DNA from: Utricularia gibba
Taxonomy: Eukaryota; Plantae; Magnoliophyta
Length of the DNA: 64,000 nucleotides
Assembly: GCA_002189035.1 (NCBI GenBank)
Contig: CM007990.1
Span: 5,394,001-5,458,000, forward strand
Reading direction: 5' to 3'
Notes under the pieces: model-generated
Seen by the model: the letters and a program-made list of their open reading frames with translations, nothing else
Told to the model about the DNA's origin: nothing
The model's database searches: none
Part shown: positions 1 through 13,749 of the stretch, one piece after another
Layout of the letters: the number at the start of each line of letters is the position of its first letter
How positions within the stretch are numbered: the stretch's first letter is position 1
Position numbers and translations under genes: made by a program

Positions 1-3000
1 TCTATGGATTTCCGACAATGGTATCCCTGACCTTGGAGGCACCAATGCAGAAGCTACTTGTTTTATAGATGAGGTTGTTGCTTCGGTGTTTCTCTTTTCT
101 TTTTTCCTGGGCCTGTTATTTTATCGATATCATGTATGCTGAGTTTTTCTTTCCAATTCCAGGTGAATCAGCCTTGTCTCACCAATCCTGGAGCGTATAG
201 AAAAATAACTGTTGAGCTTAAGGTCCAGTGCTTTTTTCGGGAAATCTGATATAACGACCACCAGTCCAAGGATCACAGGCATTGACATGAATTTTTTATT
301 CTGAATTTTAGATACACCACCTAGCTGTCAATGCCCTTCTGAAGAGCAATCAAGTGAATGAAATGGAAGGAGGTTCCGTATTTGGTCTAGACCCCAAGTT
401 GGATCCTGATTTCTACTGTTCCGAAAAAGAATATAGCTTTGATGAGGCTACATCCTGTGCTCCTGCTTTTCGAGTTCTCAAACAGTTAGTCCAGAGATGC
501 CTTGCTGATGCAGTCACATCCGGAAATGTCTTTGCAGATGCTATTCTACAGCATTTGTACCGCTGGCTATGCAGGTTGCTGAATGCTTTCTGTTCAATAC
601 ATCACAGTTCGTTTCTTTTTGAACCAAATTTTCATTATCCTTATTGCAGCCCAAAATCTAGACTTCATGACCCTGCTCTCCACTGCATGCTCCACAAGGT
701 AAAAATTTTCTTCAATGGTAACAAGATCCGTTCTCAATTAAAAGAAAGAAATCTACCAACGCAAATGTTGTGATGCACATTTTTTCCGTGCCCCTTCACA
801 ATTGTCACACAAATGTAAAATACAGTCTAAACAACCTTTGGAGGCTAAAATGCTACATGGATAGTCCTTTTCAGTACTCCAAGTTTGTCTAGCCATAATT
901 TTCTTTACATGTTGCTTGGAACATTGATTGACAGATCATGAAAAAGGTTTTCGCATTGCTGTTGGCGGAGATCCGCAAAATGGGTGGTACCATCATATTT
1001 GCAAGCTTCAAAAAAATCATATTTGATACAGGAAAGTTGGACCTATCTGCAGCTAAAGTTTTCTGCGAGAGTGTGCTCAAGACCCTACAAACTAGGTATT
1101 GCATGATTTTCTGGGAACTGCAATGGCTTTCTATATCCTTGGGTTTTTCTCCAACTTTTTTTTTCGTCTTAGGGATTTATTTGAATGGATTGATCTGGAG
1201 CCTATCCAGTTTTGGGATTGCCTACTTTTCATGGATCAGGTAAGTTGCATCATTTTTTGAGTATTGCCTTTGAACAGTCTTAGCAGTCCTATTTGCTATT
1301 TTGGTTGGAATTCTGATAGTTCTCTCTATCAATTTATTCCTAGTACAATTATGGTGGAATTCAAGCTAGAATGGAGGTGGCAGAAGACAGTTCAGAAGTA
1401 AGACCAGAAATCATTTTCAAGAATGATCCTGACATTGTTTCCAGCTGGGCCATCGCAGAAATGTTGCCTAAAGTCACCCAGGTAAATTTTTATAGAACAA
1501 AAAAGATTGGTTCAGCATATGGGCGGGGTTTCTGGTCCTATCTAAAGTTTTATTGAATCGCACATTGTTAGCATAAACGGGACAAAGTCCCTGGAATGAA
1601 ATGTCACCATTGAGCTTTCCAAAACCCAACTATTGTCATTCAAATCTGTTAGCTGAATTCATAGGAGGTATTTTATTTGATTCATCCAGATACAATGTTA
1701 TTTCTGTTCACAGGACCACTTTATTGTAATTGTTTCGGAGTTTCTGTTTTTCCCATGGAAATATGCACAAGATGAAGCTGCAAAACGAGAATCTGCATTG
1801 GGCAATGCATGTACTCCATCAATAACTGCTTCAACTGCTGAAGCTATCGAATCAGTGATTACAGAATTTCTCAGAAAGAAGGTAACTGTATAGATTCATT
1901 TGATTGTTGTTTTTACACTTATAAATTACCACCCTTTATTTAATGCGTACGTTGCAGATTGCCTCTGATTTTACAGAGAAGCTTCTTAAAATTGTCTGTG
2001 ACATTGAGACCAGAAACAAGCCACATGATGGAAGTTCACAATCTTCCAGCAAAATCCACAAGGCAAATCTAGCCCTAGATTTCATCAAATACGTTTGTGC
2101 TGTGTTAGCACTTGACAAGAAAGTTCAGCATGAAGTTCTGGTACTATTTCTAGCATCCTTTTTTGGTAGGATTTCGGGGGGTAGGGAATTACTTTCACCC
2201 TAACTCGTACACACTTGAAAACAAACAGCTTGCACTTACTTTATAAAATAGTTACTTTTGAATCAGCGAATAATTTGTCTAAAAAGTAAAAATGGATTTC
2301 AGAGTTGAAAATGAGGAGTGCTGATGGCTTTTCCCTAGAAATTTCTCCCCGAACTGTGCACAAGTATTTTAATTTACATTGTTGTTTTCCTTCCTTTGAT
2401 ATCTCCTCAAATGCCTGCCCACGCTCCTCCCATTATCTCCGCCTTAGACCCGCACTTGAACATGTTTATGCATAATTTATGAATGCCTTTCATCTGCTTG
2501 AACTTGCTTTCTGAAATAACTTGATGTATGAAGCTTCAGCTTAAGCATGCAATGAATTATTTATACACATTCGCTCCCCTGGAAGTGCCTTGCACATTGT
2601 CAATTGAAGATACATGACTCATGGTTTCCTTATTTTGCTTAGGTCATGAGAAGAAATCTTTTGAAATCAGTCCATGTGAGGGAATTTGCTCCCGAAGCTG
2701 AATTCCAGCACCTATCCATGTCACTGATTCTGCCCAATGTCATTTGCAGGTAAACATAGATTGATTATATTCATTTTTTATGCGCCTTTATTTCCATCAT
2801 CATTAGCATCTTACATGGAGTTCGCCATAGCCTCGTAATGTTAGTCCTATGATAAGTTGCCAGAATGAAGAAATGCCCCGCTCAACAGTCTATAGTAAAT
2901 TTATATGACTCTGGCGCTACTTCTCTATTAGTAAAATATAGCTGGACCCTTGTTTATTCTCACCATCACTTTTTCAGTACTTAATCAAGATCTTGCTTTA

Positions 3001-3473
3001 CTTGAAACAACACATTCCATGATTCTTCAGGGTTGTAACTTAACATAGATTACACTATTTAGATTCTTGTGGAGGACCTCTAAATGCATCTGTCTTTGTG
3101 TGTTGGCAGTTACTGCAATGACTGCAGAGATATGGATTTAGGGCGTGACAAAGCATTGACAATTCAACAAGAGTGGCATTGCGCCGTGCCTCAATGTCTA
3201 CAACCGTATGACCGTGAAGTTATGGAGAATGTTCTCATTCAGATCACAAGACAGAAAGAACGGCTCTACCAACTCCAAGATCTTAAATGCGTCAAGTGTA
3301 ATCAGATCAAAGCATCACGGTTGGCTGAACACTGCAATTGTGGTGGATCATTTGCATGCACTGTGGATTCCTCCAAGTTCCGTAAAGAAATGCAGATACT
3401 TCTGGATGCAGCCGTGGCTCAGAAGTTTCAATTCCTCCAAGAACTTGTAACGTGGATCATACAGAGATGCTGA
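1..3473 (+). CDS. POL2: DNA polymerase epsilon catalytic subunit A, 3' part (multi-exon; 5' end lies outside the window)
   Basis: Exons encode the DUF1744 region (LHDPALHCMLHK|VMKKVFALLLAEIRKMGGTIIFASF) and the C-terminal Cys motifs (ICS|YCNDCRD...WHCAVPQC; LQDLKCVKCNQ...HCNCGG). GT-AG introns; TGA at 3471-3473. Confidence 0.95.
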
Positions 3474-4034
3474 ACCTCACCAGGTGGACTGATACTACTG
3501 GAGCATACTGATTCTTTTGTAAGCTTCGTTCTATTTTCCGCGTTGAAACAAACCTATACTGCGGAGTTGTTGAAACAGAAGGCCATGGATGAGACTGCTA
3601 TGGAAACAGGGGGAACCAGGCTGCATGTACAGTTTTTATTTGCTTAATGATCGAAGGCAAGAGGATATAGCCTATGAAGTATGATAAGGTAGAGTCGGCA
3701 TGAATCTGTCTACATGCTTGGGGAATGCATCATTCAAAGACAAATGCAGATTTTCACAAGGCATATGTTGATAATGAGCAAGAAAAACGTTTCTGCATGT
3801 ACATACTACTACTGTCATGTTCCTGAAAATTCCAAGATCTTAGCAAGCCACATTTCCCGAAAATACAACTTAACAAAACTTGCTTTGATCATTCGCATCA
3901 GGTTAACTTACATGGAATCACTGATAATACATGCCTAGTTAAAGCATTTGAGCAGAAATTCGCATAACAGACACATCAATCACTTTGTTGGATACCGTTT
4001 GCCAGGAAACCAACCTGCTCATGTGTAGTCCTTT

Positions 4035-7000
4035 TTACTTTGGAATGGTGACGTTCAAAATTTTAACATCTTGGTGCGGCTTGTCAGCCTTATCTGTCTT
4101 CACTTTTTCAATAGCCTGTGGTGGAATCATTTGTTGATCAGTGTCTCAAGATTAAGGTATGGTGCCACTCGATGAGATTAACTCAATGCGCGGATGCATA
4201 CCTGTACAACATCCATTCCCTTGACAACTCTGCCAAAAACGGTGTGCTTGTTGTCCAACCATGGAGTGGCAACGGTTGTAATAAAAAATTGAGAACCATT
4301 GGTGTTCGGCCCAGCATTTGCCATGGATAGAGTGAACGGCCTGTCGTGCCGCAAGCTGCAGGATGGGAGATCTTGAGGTGATTTCATGGATAAAGTGCAA
4401 GAGCCCCATGGGCAATGATTGTTCTTTTGAGGAAAAAAAAAAGGAGGTAGGGGAATGTACCTCTTGTGGAACTCATCTTCAAATTCCCTACCCCAAATTG
4501 ACTGTCCTCCGGTGCCATCACCTAGAGGATCTCCTGTCTGAATCATGAAACCTTTAATGACTCGGTGAAAGATCAAATTGTCGTAATAGCCATTCTTGCA
4601 ATGTGTGGTGAAGTTCTCGACAGTTCTTGGGCATTCTTCAGGATACAATCGCATGTGAATATCGCCCGCAGTAGTGTGCAAGATCTAAAAAATGACCCAT
4701 GTTTATGGACGAACACATCAAGTTGAATCATCAATAATAAGCAGGCACAGATGGGCACTAAGTAAGAGCATTGGTGTTAAAATGCAAACACTTGCGATAG
4801 CTATGCCAGACTTAATGTTACTCACAATATTATCTGGTAGAGAAGTCGTAACAGCTTTTCCAATATCAGAGGCAGCCAAGAGTTCATCTGCAGGAGGTTT
4901 TTCATTGAAAACATCCCTGCCCTTTGTTGCATCCTCGGGCTCTTCGGGTTCTCTTTGACTGCAAGCATGGAAAAAATTTCTCTAGTTTACATTAACATCT
5001 TATGAACTACGTGGCAGGAGAGATTCCCAGGCAGTAGATTTGAGCCTTATACATCAGGTTTTTCTTTTTGAAGTGACCTCTTAACAAGAAAGAAGGGCTG
5101 AAAATTATCTCAGCATACATAAATAAACATGTTTCTATATGAAAGAAAATAATTATCCCCATTGGAACCAAGGCAATTCTCACTCAATTACATAGCTTGA
5201 TAGCATGGCGGAAAATAAAAATTCAATACCCGGTTCAACAACTGGAATAAGCAAGAGTTATGGAAGAATACCTGAATAAGTAAATTCTGTGCTTCTTGAA
5301 GGCACAGCACAAGAGTGTAGGATCTGTTAGAGGCTCCTTGCTTTCATTGACATTTGCTGAGACAGCTGGAATTTTTCTTACTTTCTTACTGCTCCTGTCA
5401 CCTTGATATAAGGCAATTCTTAAGAATCTGTCATTGCTCTCCACTTTTCCCAATATTCGAGAAACCTTATTGTTATGCAGATTCACAATCTAGTAGAGAA
5501 AAGCAGAGGAAACACTGATCATGGTCTTTATGATGAACAATCCCTTAAAGAAAACGAAGTTCGAATCTCTAGACAGAAAATATTGGATACAGTCACTCAA
5601 AAATACAGTGTTCTGCTCACCTTAATACCAAGGAGGGTTGCATATATGAGGAAGTTCGAACTTTCATCAAAAACAGCATTAGGACGAGGAGCATTTTCAG
5701 TCTTCTCAATTTCCTTCTCAACAGCCATTCTACGGCCAAAATCAATGGCCTCCAGCCTATACAGAGGAACATCACTCCGCTGAAGATCTTGAGCTACCTA
5801 ACATAGAGAGAAGGAAAATTTGACTTTAACTTAAAAGAGACTGGTAACAAGAAACAGATGAAGTATATGACTTTAACCTCAAGAGATTCGTCATACACAC
5901 GTCTCAATTTGCCAGTTTTGAACCAAAATACTCGTATTCGACGATCTGGAGAAGTGACTGAAAACTGTTTCCCGTCTGGACTGACCTATGAGGCAATTTC
6001 CCATGTGATTTGGGATGTATCATAGTTTAAAATGGAATTATGATAAGCAACCATGTTCAGTTAATATCCTCAATTCACTACAAAATCCAGGGAATTCAGG
6101 AATAAAAATGAATGCAGAACATGAGATCATAATAAACAACACCCAATATCTCACCTCAACAGCAGAAACAGAAGTCTTGCTTTTAACGATTGAGAAAAGG
6201 TCTGTATCAATTTTTAATCCAATGTTCACCCTGCATATGCATTAAATTATCAGAGCATTCATGCAGAAATGAAAATTTGGTGACCTCTACCACTAGTCAA
6301 AGGCACAAAATGATAAAAATGAGATTGACAATACAAGTAAGACATAGGATATGCAGATAACATTAAATTCCATAATGAACACAAGCACACCCAATTGGAG
6401 CAAAAGATAAGAAACAGTCAATAAGCATACCCAGTTTCAGGAAAATGAAGGGTATCAGGATTCCAGTACTCAATTATTCCCTTTTCGTCTGCAGAAATTA
6501 CAGTATCGTATTCACTGTTGTACTTCATAGAGACAATTGGGCCAGTTTGTATCTGCATAAAACGTAGAAAACAGTAATGCTGTCATAACAAACCACGGAA
6601 GACAGTAATCTTGACTCTAGAATTATTAATGCGTCAGCATACCTCCCTTGACACTAAGGGGTCATTTGAACCAGATCTTGCATCATATACATGGACCAGG
6701 GGAGAATTGCGATCACTTACGGCCAACTTAGCCTTCACTTCACCTCGTTTGTAAACCCACTCAGCACAACTAGGCTCAAAGGGGAGGCGTATCATGGCCA
6801 TCATATCATAATTGAAAACATCATATATTTTCACGGAACGATCAGTTGAGATTGTGCAACAGAGGGTACCATCCACACTAACCTAAAAAACAGAAAGACA
6901 ACTAGATCATTCTATATTCATCAAGGAATCCTATGTTATACAGAGAGTGGACATGCACGCAAACAAAACCATAGGAAAATCATAACATAAATTTCAAAAT

Positions 7001-7546
7001 TTGGAAAAGGAAGAAATTAAGAACCGAAAGGCCTTCAATTGGACCAAGATGGGATCTAAAATGTTTCGCAAACTCTACGCCAGAAGCTTGCTTTTTCCAA
7101 AACTTTATATGACCTGAAAAAAACAGTTGACGTCTTGAGAAACAAATCAGATGGCAATGTATTTGAGCAGGCATTTATATAAAATCAGTTGCACGAAATA
7201 AGACTATTGCGCATACCGTCAGCGCTCCCAGATATGAAAAAATCTGCCGCAGACACAGCAACATGTGTAACTACATCCCGGTGCATGTAGCTCTTCTCGT
7301 ACCTGTACCAAGTTCAAGTTTCAGACAATTCCGAAAAGAAACTCACTCCTAAACCTCACGAACACGGACTACAAGCGTGTAGTAAAAAAAAAAATACATG
7401 TTGGCCGACGGAAGACAATCGAGATAATTCTGCTCGAACTGCAGAGGACGCTTTCTGCGACTCGGCGCCGCCGGTACAGGCCCGACCGCCATCGCTTCTT
7501 CGTCGCCGCCGGTGGAGTTACCGTTCTCATTCTGGCCCGCTCCCAT
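4035..7546 (-). CDS. CYP71: WD40-repeat cyclophilin (PPWD1/CYP71 type), multi-exon
   Basis: N-terminus [21 protein letters not shown]; WD40 exons (GHIKFWKK...[15 protein letters not shown]). Cyclophilin domain [23 protein letters not shown]...[15 protein letters not shown] and [18 protein letters not shown]. Last exon ends KILNVTIPK* (stop 4035-4037). Confidence 0.95.
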
Positions 7547-7620
7547 TCTCTCCTCTTCTCCTTCTCCCTCACTCCCTCTAACAAATCGAAAACACCATGA
7601 ATCAGCCCCGCTCGTCTAAT

Positions 7621-7701
7621 TGGGCCTCCTGAATTCGGATCACTAAATGGGCTTACTAATTTCCCATTTGGACTTCAATTCAACCATTGGTTTCTGGCCC
7701 A
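7621..7701. promoter_or_regulatory. Site II (TGGGCY) motifs in the divergent CYP71/KIPK promoter
   Basis: TGGGCC 7621-7626, TGGGCT 7648-7653, GGCCCA 7696-7701, just upstream of the CYP71 ATG. Confidence 0.5.
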
Positions 7702-8750
7702 TAAAAAACGATATTAATGTTTCATAAATACTTAAATTCAAATAAATAATTTCTAAATTTTAAATTCAAATTTTTAAAAAATATTCATAGGTCATTTAAT
7801 AAGATTAAATAATAAAAAAAGCTCTTAAATTATTTTATTTAATTTCTTAATACAACTTTGTATCGTTATAATTAAGATATTGAATTAATTCTTTTTTTTG
7901 TTCCATTATTCAGACCAACTTCTCCAATTGATTGCATCAGCAAATTATTGCGCCATATATGAATTATTTTAATGCTTAAATTAATAAATAAATTTCAGTT
8001 TTAATTTTCAGAAAATAATAAATGTGAAATGCTGTAGAAAGGAGGAATGTGTTAAATAAGCGAGGAGCTTCTTGGTATTCCATGAAGAAGCATCAGCTGC
8101 AGTATTACCTCCGGTTTTAATGGCTTCCGCTGCTACTGCTCCATCGGTTTCCAGTCAACACGCGATGATGAAGATGTGTTTCTTTTCCCGTGATTGCTTT
8201 TATGAGCTTCAGTCGTACAGTTTTCTGTCATGAATGTTTGGCCGCGGTTTTCGTTTTTCGGCTCCCCCGGTCATTCAATTTCGCAATGAAAATGACTTCA
8301 GCTTTCTCGTGTTTTCGACTCTTCTGTGCATATAGGAGCATGCCTCAACTTATGGGCGACTTCTTCTTCTTCATCTTCATTATTGTTATTACTTTTTTCT
8401 GGGTGTGACTCTAGGGAGGAGGAGAGCCGTGGGAAGTCTTCTTCATCTTGCTGCTTTTCTTCATGTATTTTCCTTATTCGTGTCTCCATGTGTTTGATTT
8501 ATGTAGTTTCTTCGTGTTTTTCTTTAAATAGCAGGGAATAGTCAAGAACTAGGACCACTTAAATAGATTTCTTCATTTTCATGGAAATAGGTATTTAAGA
8601 GCTTCAAAGTGCAGCCACTTTCAGCATGTGGAGCGAGTTCCTTAGTGGAGTTCTGAAAAGAAAGTGCCAGAAGGAGGGGAGAAGATGAGAGGGCTATAGG
8701 TCATTTGTTTTACCTTGTAACCTGAATGAGGGAGCATCTCTCTGTTGGAC

Positions 8751-10626
8751 ATGACTGTTCTGCCAGCAAGCTGTGAAATAGTAGAGCTGACAGAAGAAGA
8801 AGATGGGTTTGACGGAAGTAAGTGGAGTGAAATCCACAAGCTTTTTGAAACTCTGGACATGGCTGGTAGCAGTTCTGCATCTCACAGGAGTGCGATGAAA
8901 CGTCCCATGAGAAATGCTTCTCCTCCGGCGGTTACCATTGGAACCTCGAGCACTTTGAGCTTGAAACAAGCACTGCGAGGGCTCTGCATCTCTCAAGCCT
9001 CAGAGATGGCAGCTGTTAAGAAAAGGAGTTCTAACCCGTCTGCATCTGGATCAGGGCCGCTTCCGAAGATGTACAGAGCACTATCTTTTGAGTCATGTGT
9101 GCGTGGCAGAGGGCTGATGAATGTTTCTGGTAATGCATCTCCACATGGAGGTGATCCATTCTCTGGAAGAGTGCAAGTCTCTCTTTCATCGGAGATGGTT
9201 CCATTGCAAAGCTTTCAAACAACACGGAGAGATCGGGAACTTCCTCCACTGTTTTCAAAGCATGGTAAGATGCTGCAGCTGCCAGCGTCATCTTTTATTG
9301 CAAACCCAACTCCTGCCACAAAACTGTCGATGGAAAGAGGGTATGGCTCGGAGAGCTCAAAGAACAGCACGGTTGGTGAATGTAGCAGCAGAACCAGTCA
9401 TAGTGAAGAAAGCCGTCAAAGTTTATCCACTTCAAAGGGTTGTAGCAGATATGATATATCCAGAGACCTGAGATGGAAAGCAATCAGTTGCATTATGAAG
9501 CAGCAAGAACAGTTGGATCTGAGAAATTTCAAGCTTTTGAAAAAAATTGGAAACGGGAACACCGGTACAGTTTATCTCTGTCAGCTGATAAGCACAAGCA
9601 ACTTTTTTGCCATGAAGGTTATTGATAATGAGAGTCTAAAAACCAGTAAGCAGTTACTGAGCGCTCATAATGAAATAGAGATACTTGATGTTCTTCGTCA
9701 CCCTTTTCTTCCCACATTGTATGCCCACTTTACTACTAGCAAGTTCACATGCTTGCTTATGGATTACTGTTCTGGGGGTGATTTGCACGTTCTTCGTCAG
9801 AAGCAACTCATGAAACATATCTCTGAAAAAGCAGCCAGGTGATCTGATCTCCATTGAATTAATGCATGGCACTTCTTTTCATATGACACTGACGATGGGA
9901 AACATGTGCAGGTTCTATGTCGCTGAGGTTGTTGTTGCCTTAGAATACCTCCACACTCTAGGAGTTGTCCACAGAGACTTGAAGCCTGAAAATATCTTGA
10001 TTGGAGAAGATGGCCATATAGTACTTTCAGACTTCAATTTGTCCATGAAACTTACAGCAAGTCCGCTGCAGATTGAGCCGCCTGGTCAAAACTGTATGGA
10101 TAAAAGGAAGAATTCTGGTCCCAGATGCATGAATCACTTTTGCCTCCAGTCATCAAGTCAGCTTCCTTGTTTCAGCCCCTGTTTCGCCACTGCTCCAGCA
10201 TCTGTAACTAAAGAAGCGAAACCAGAAGCAGCTCCTGGGATCATTCCACTTGCACCTACCAACTCTATTGTGGGAACACATGAATACCTTGCACCAGAGA
10301 TCATCAAAGGGGAAGGCTATGGATTTTCTGTCGACTGGTGGGCTCTTGGAATTCTAATGTATGAGCTTTTGTATGGAGAATCGCCCTTCAGAGGAGCTAC
10401 CGACAAGGACACGATTAACAACGTGATCTTGCAGTCAATCAAGTTCCCGAAATCTCCTGCAGTTAGTTCTCATGTTCGTGATCTGATCACAAGGTTACTG
10501 AACAAGGATCCCAGATGCCGGCTCGGTTCGGCACACGATGCAGTTGAGATAAAGCAGCACCCTTTTTTTCATGGCCTCAACTGGGCTCTCATACGAGAAC
10601 AAATACCACCATTCCCCTTCTGCTGA
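8751..10626 (+). CDS. AGCVIII Ser/Thr kinase, KIPK-like; exons 8751-9838 and 9912-10626
   Basis: N-terminal ASCEIVE and [20 protein letters not shown] (KIPK-like). Kinase motifs [48 protein letters not shown] intron at 9839-9911 joins AAR|FYVAE in frame. Confidence 0.9.
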
Positions 10627-11092
10627 GTAGAAAATACAAGTATGTAGCATTACTGTGATGATCAACAAACAGTCACTGCTACTGTACCTTTGGCGCCCTA
10701 ATATAAATCCCACAAAAGAACACCAAGACACTAGTGGCTGACAATATTGATGGTCGCATAAATGACCCGTTTCAATTTTGCATGTCCAGAAACTCCAGAA
10801 GGAACAGGGTGGTGTGGTTGGCTAGGCATCGGATAAAAGCACAGACAAATACGAACAAGTGTGTTTATGAAATACAATTGCTCAACCAGAGACGCAAGGA
10901 AATACACAAATCCGAGAGAAGACATGTGTCCATGTCACATGTTTATTCAACACGAAATGGAAGGAACTGTGGTGTCTACAACGGAAAACACAAACAGCAA
11001 GCATGTCAATGGTTCACTAATACAGAAATTATTGACAGCAAAACCAGTTTCATGTTCCACAAGAGCTGGCCATCGGGGTAAGCGAGCGCATC

Positions 11093-11381
11093 CTATTCCT
11101 TTTTCCCAATCCCATATGACAGGTTGTAGATACCTCTTCCCTGAGCACGTCTCAAGATTAGTATAAAAACGACAGACATGTACAACCGAGTACCCAATAA
11201 GAAAAGTGGAGGAAAAAGGACTCACAATGAGAAATAATGAGGCACCGGCAAAAGCCAGTGGAATAGCAACTGACGTGACCTTATCCATCGGTCCCTTCAA
11301 ATACGTATGTTTATGGACGCTTTGGAAATACTTTTGCTTCTCAATTAGCTTTGCTCTTGATGCAAAGGGTTCTTCAGGCAT
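11093..11381 (-). CDS. Small cytochrome c oxidase VIIa-like (plant COX-X4 type) protein, 67 aa; exons 11381-11226 and 11140-11093
   Basis: MPEEPFASRAKLIEKQKYFQSVHKHTYLKGPMDKVTSVAIPLAFAGASLFLI|GRGIYNLSYGIGKKE*, with canonical GT-AG junctions. A CAG acceptor sits 1 nt before the ATG, implying a 5' UTR intron. Confidence 0.88.
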
Positions 11382-12119
11382 CCTGCAGCACAAAGATTCG
11401 CACAGAAATCGGAATACAAAATCAGTGCACAAAGTGGCAAATTTTTCGTCTCTCTAATAAAATCCATGATCATATGAATCATGTTCATACTTTAAACACA
11501 ATTAGTACGGCCCAAATGGATAACCTACCACCATAATCACATCGCACCCTAAGAAACCTCAATGAGGGCAGGAAGAGCACATCAGCACCACTTAAAGATG
11601 CCAAAATCAAAGAAAGTACCACCCACAACCATATTCACATTTTCGATCGCTACACGCAAGGACCATAAAAAATCGGAAACAAAATACGCAATGAAATTGA
11701 AAAATTTTTCGTCCAGGTAGACACAACACGTTACCTGGATATCGAAATCGCCAATACAAATCTGAAGAGAAACCAATGGATCTGCAGACGGAAATTTGGG
11801 TCGAGGACTCGAGGGTTTGAAAATGGTTGAGAAAAAAGCAGTTATTCGGGTCGGGTCCTTGGGTTTTCCAATATTCATGTTGGGCCAGTTACTGTGCGCC
11901 CTCCTTAGAACCCAAAATCCACAAGCCTGTTTAAAAAAAAATCCAAATCCCTTTATTTAAATAATTTAATTTCATTTAAAATTTACAAATAAAAAATTTA
12001 TAAACGTTTTACCCATTAAAAATAAAAAACGTTTAATCATTAAAAATTATAAATTATATTAAATTTATTTAACTATTTTATTAATTTTTCATTGCACGAG
12101 TACAACTGTTGATGCAGGC

Positions 12120-12137
12120 GTTGTACGTACGTACAAC
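12120..12137. repeat. 18-bp perfect palindrome GTTGTACGTACGTACAAC containing three GTAC cores
   Basis: The sequence equals its own reverse complement and carries TACGTACAA (SBP-box consensus TNCGTACAA) on both strands. Confidence 0.85.
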
Positions 12138-13704
12138 AATGAAGCAAGAGTGGGGTTGGCGCGGCAGGATTACGCATTTCCGTCCAAACTTGAACGTTGG
12201 GTGCGAAGTGCAACAGACCGGTCTATAATTGGTTAGAGCCACTGCCCCTGTCCCCAATTCTCTTAGGTTAGGTTAGGTCCAGGTTAGAATGGGTATTTTA
12301 AGTAATTACCTCAATACCCCCTAACTAATATTTTCTAAAAGGGGCGGTAATTGTACAAAAATAATTATTTAGTAATTATTAAAGATTTTCTAAATCTTTT
12401 GTAGTTACACCTAACCTAATCAGTCGGCGCACCATAGATAATCCGTTCTCATGATTATTTAATGGTTTTTTTAATTATTCCAAGCATCTCATTATTAATG
12501 CAAATATAAGTGTGATAATAAATTATAATTATCTTTTCTTCATTTACTAGCTCCATAATGATAATTGTCTAATTTTTTTATTTGTAATTGGTGGAAGACC
12601 GGAATTGCAAAACGTGACTATTTTACTTTCATGCTATTGTTTACAAACACAGAGATGAAATTATACAAGAATTGCAAGGGCTAGAAATAGGCGTTTCAAA
12701 ACATTTTTGTTATCAATCATGTGACTTTTATTTCAAAAAAATATAAAAATTTAGAAGTAATTCTTAACAAATAATCTATATCCATCAAAACCTATGAATT
12801 TATTTGAAAAGGGTTATTTTGACTACTCATGAGAAAAATACGTGATTAGATAGAAGAATCTTTCGAAGAAACATTTTCCCTAAAAAAAATAAAAAATCGT
12901 GAACATTTAATGTACAAAAGCAAACAATATCATATAAGAATATAATATGTCGTGGTATTATATAGAAATATTTTAGAATTAAAATTATTCAAATTAAAAT
13001 AAATATAAATCTAGAAACGTTTTTTTAAAATAAAATGAAATTTAATTTAGATTTCTATATCTTTTATTTTTTTATTCAAACAAATGTAAAAAACATGTTA
13101 TCAGAGTTTTTGAAACCCCACGTGAAGAATGGGGGGTCTCCAATTATTCAACTCGCCTCTGTCTAAAAATCAATGATGCCTTCTATTTCGTAGGTAGCTT
13201 CTGGTAAATTCATATTCTCGTTTTTTTGTTGGTATTTAATTTTAATTTTAATTATAATTAAATGCGGGTTAAATATGAAACGGATTGGAGCGCTGGAAGT
13301 ATACCATGTGCCTGCCCAATTCAAACACAATGAATGTTTTGAAGACTATTTTTAGAAGCGGCCTCGCCAACCAAACCATCCGAAGCATTTCCTTAAATAA
13401 AATATCCAACAAAAACATTTTTAATATTTCGAAAATAATGAAAGGAAAATAGGAAAGGGGTAGGTATGGGATGGGATTGACCGAGGATTCCACCCACCAT
13501 ACAACTAAACACATCGTGCGATTCCAGCCGTTGGATTCAGAAATCTGAACGATGAGGATTGACCGTACCGGCCATTCCATTTTAATCAAATTACAATCAA
13601 GCCCCTGCAAAATTCGCAATATATAATCAGACGCTTCTTCCATCATTTCTCAGCTTGCAGCGAAGTGCTCCAGGCTTCACGGTTTCTTCCCTGATTTATT
13701 GTCC

Positions 13705-13711
13705 ACCAACC
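13705..13711 (+). promoter_or_regulatory. AC element (ACCAACC), R2R3-MYB site typical of phenylpropanoid/shikimate genes
   Basis: CCACCAACCCCC about 40 nt upstream of the ADT ATG; related AC-rich motifs near 13367 and 13491. Confidence 0.45.
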
Positions 13712-13749
13712 CCCTGCTTGTTGCGTAATTTCAATTTGACCCCTGAAGT

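Noticed and set aside
8190-8541. Small overlapping ORFs between CYP71 and KIPK (for example METRIRKIHEEKQQ...)
   Set aside because: Low-complexity translations of CT/GA-rich leader-like sequence with no recognisable domain.
12150-12258. Weak MIR408-like hairpin (CACTGCCCCTGTCCCC with an upstream G-rich arm) next to the GTAC palindrome
   Set aside because: Only about 12 of 21 positions match miR408, arm pairing is poor, and the GTAC motifs are too close to be its promoter.
12262-12420. TTAGGTTAGG / CCTAACCTAA inverted pair resembling a MITE or telomere relic
   Set aside because: Only about 11 bp match, there is no target-site duplication, and it is not the plant TTTAGGG repeat.
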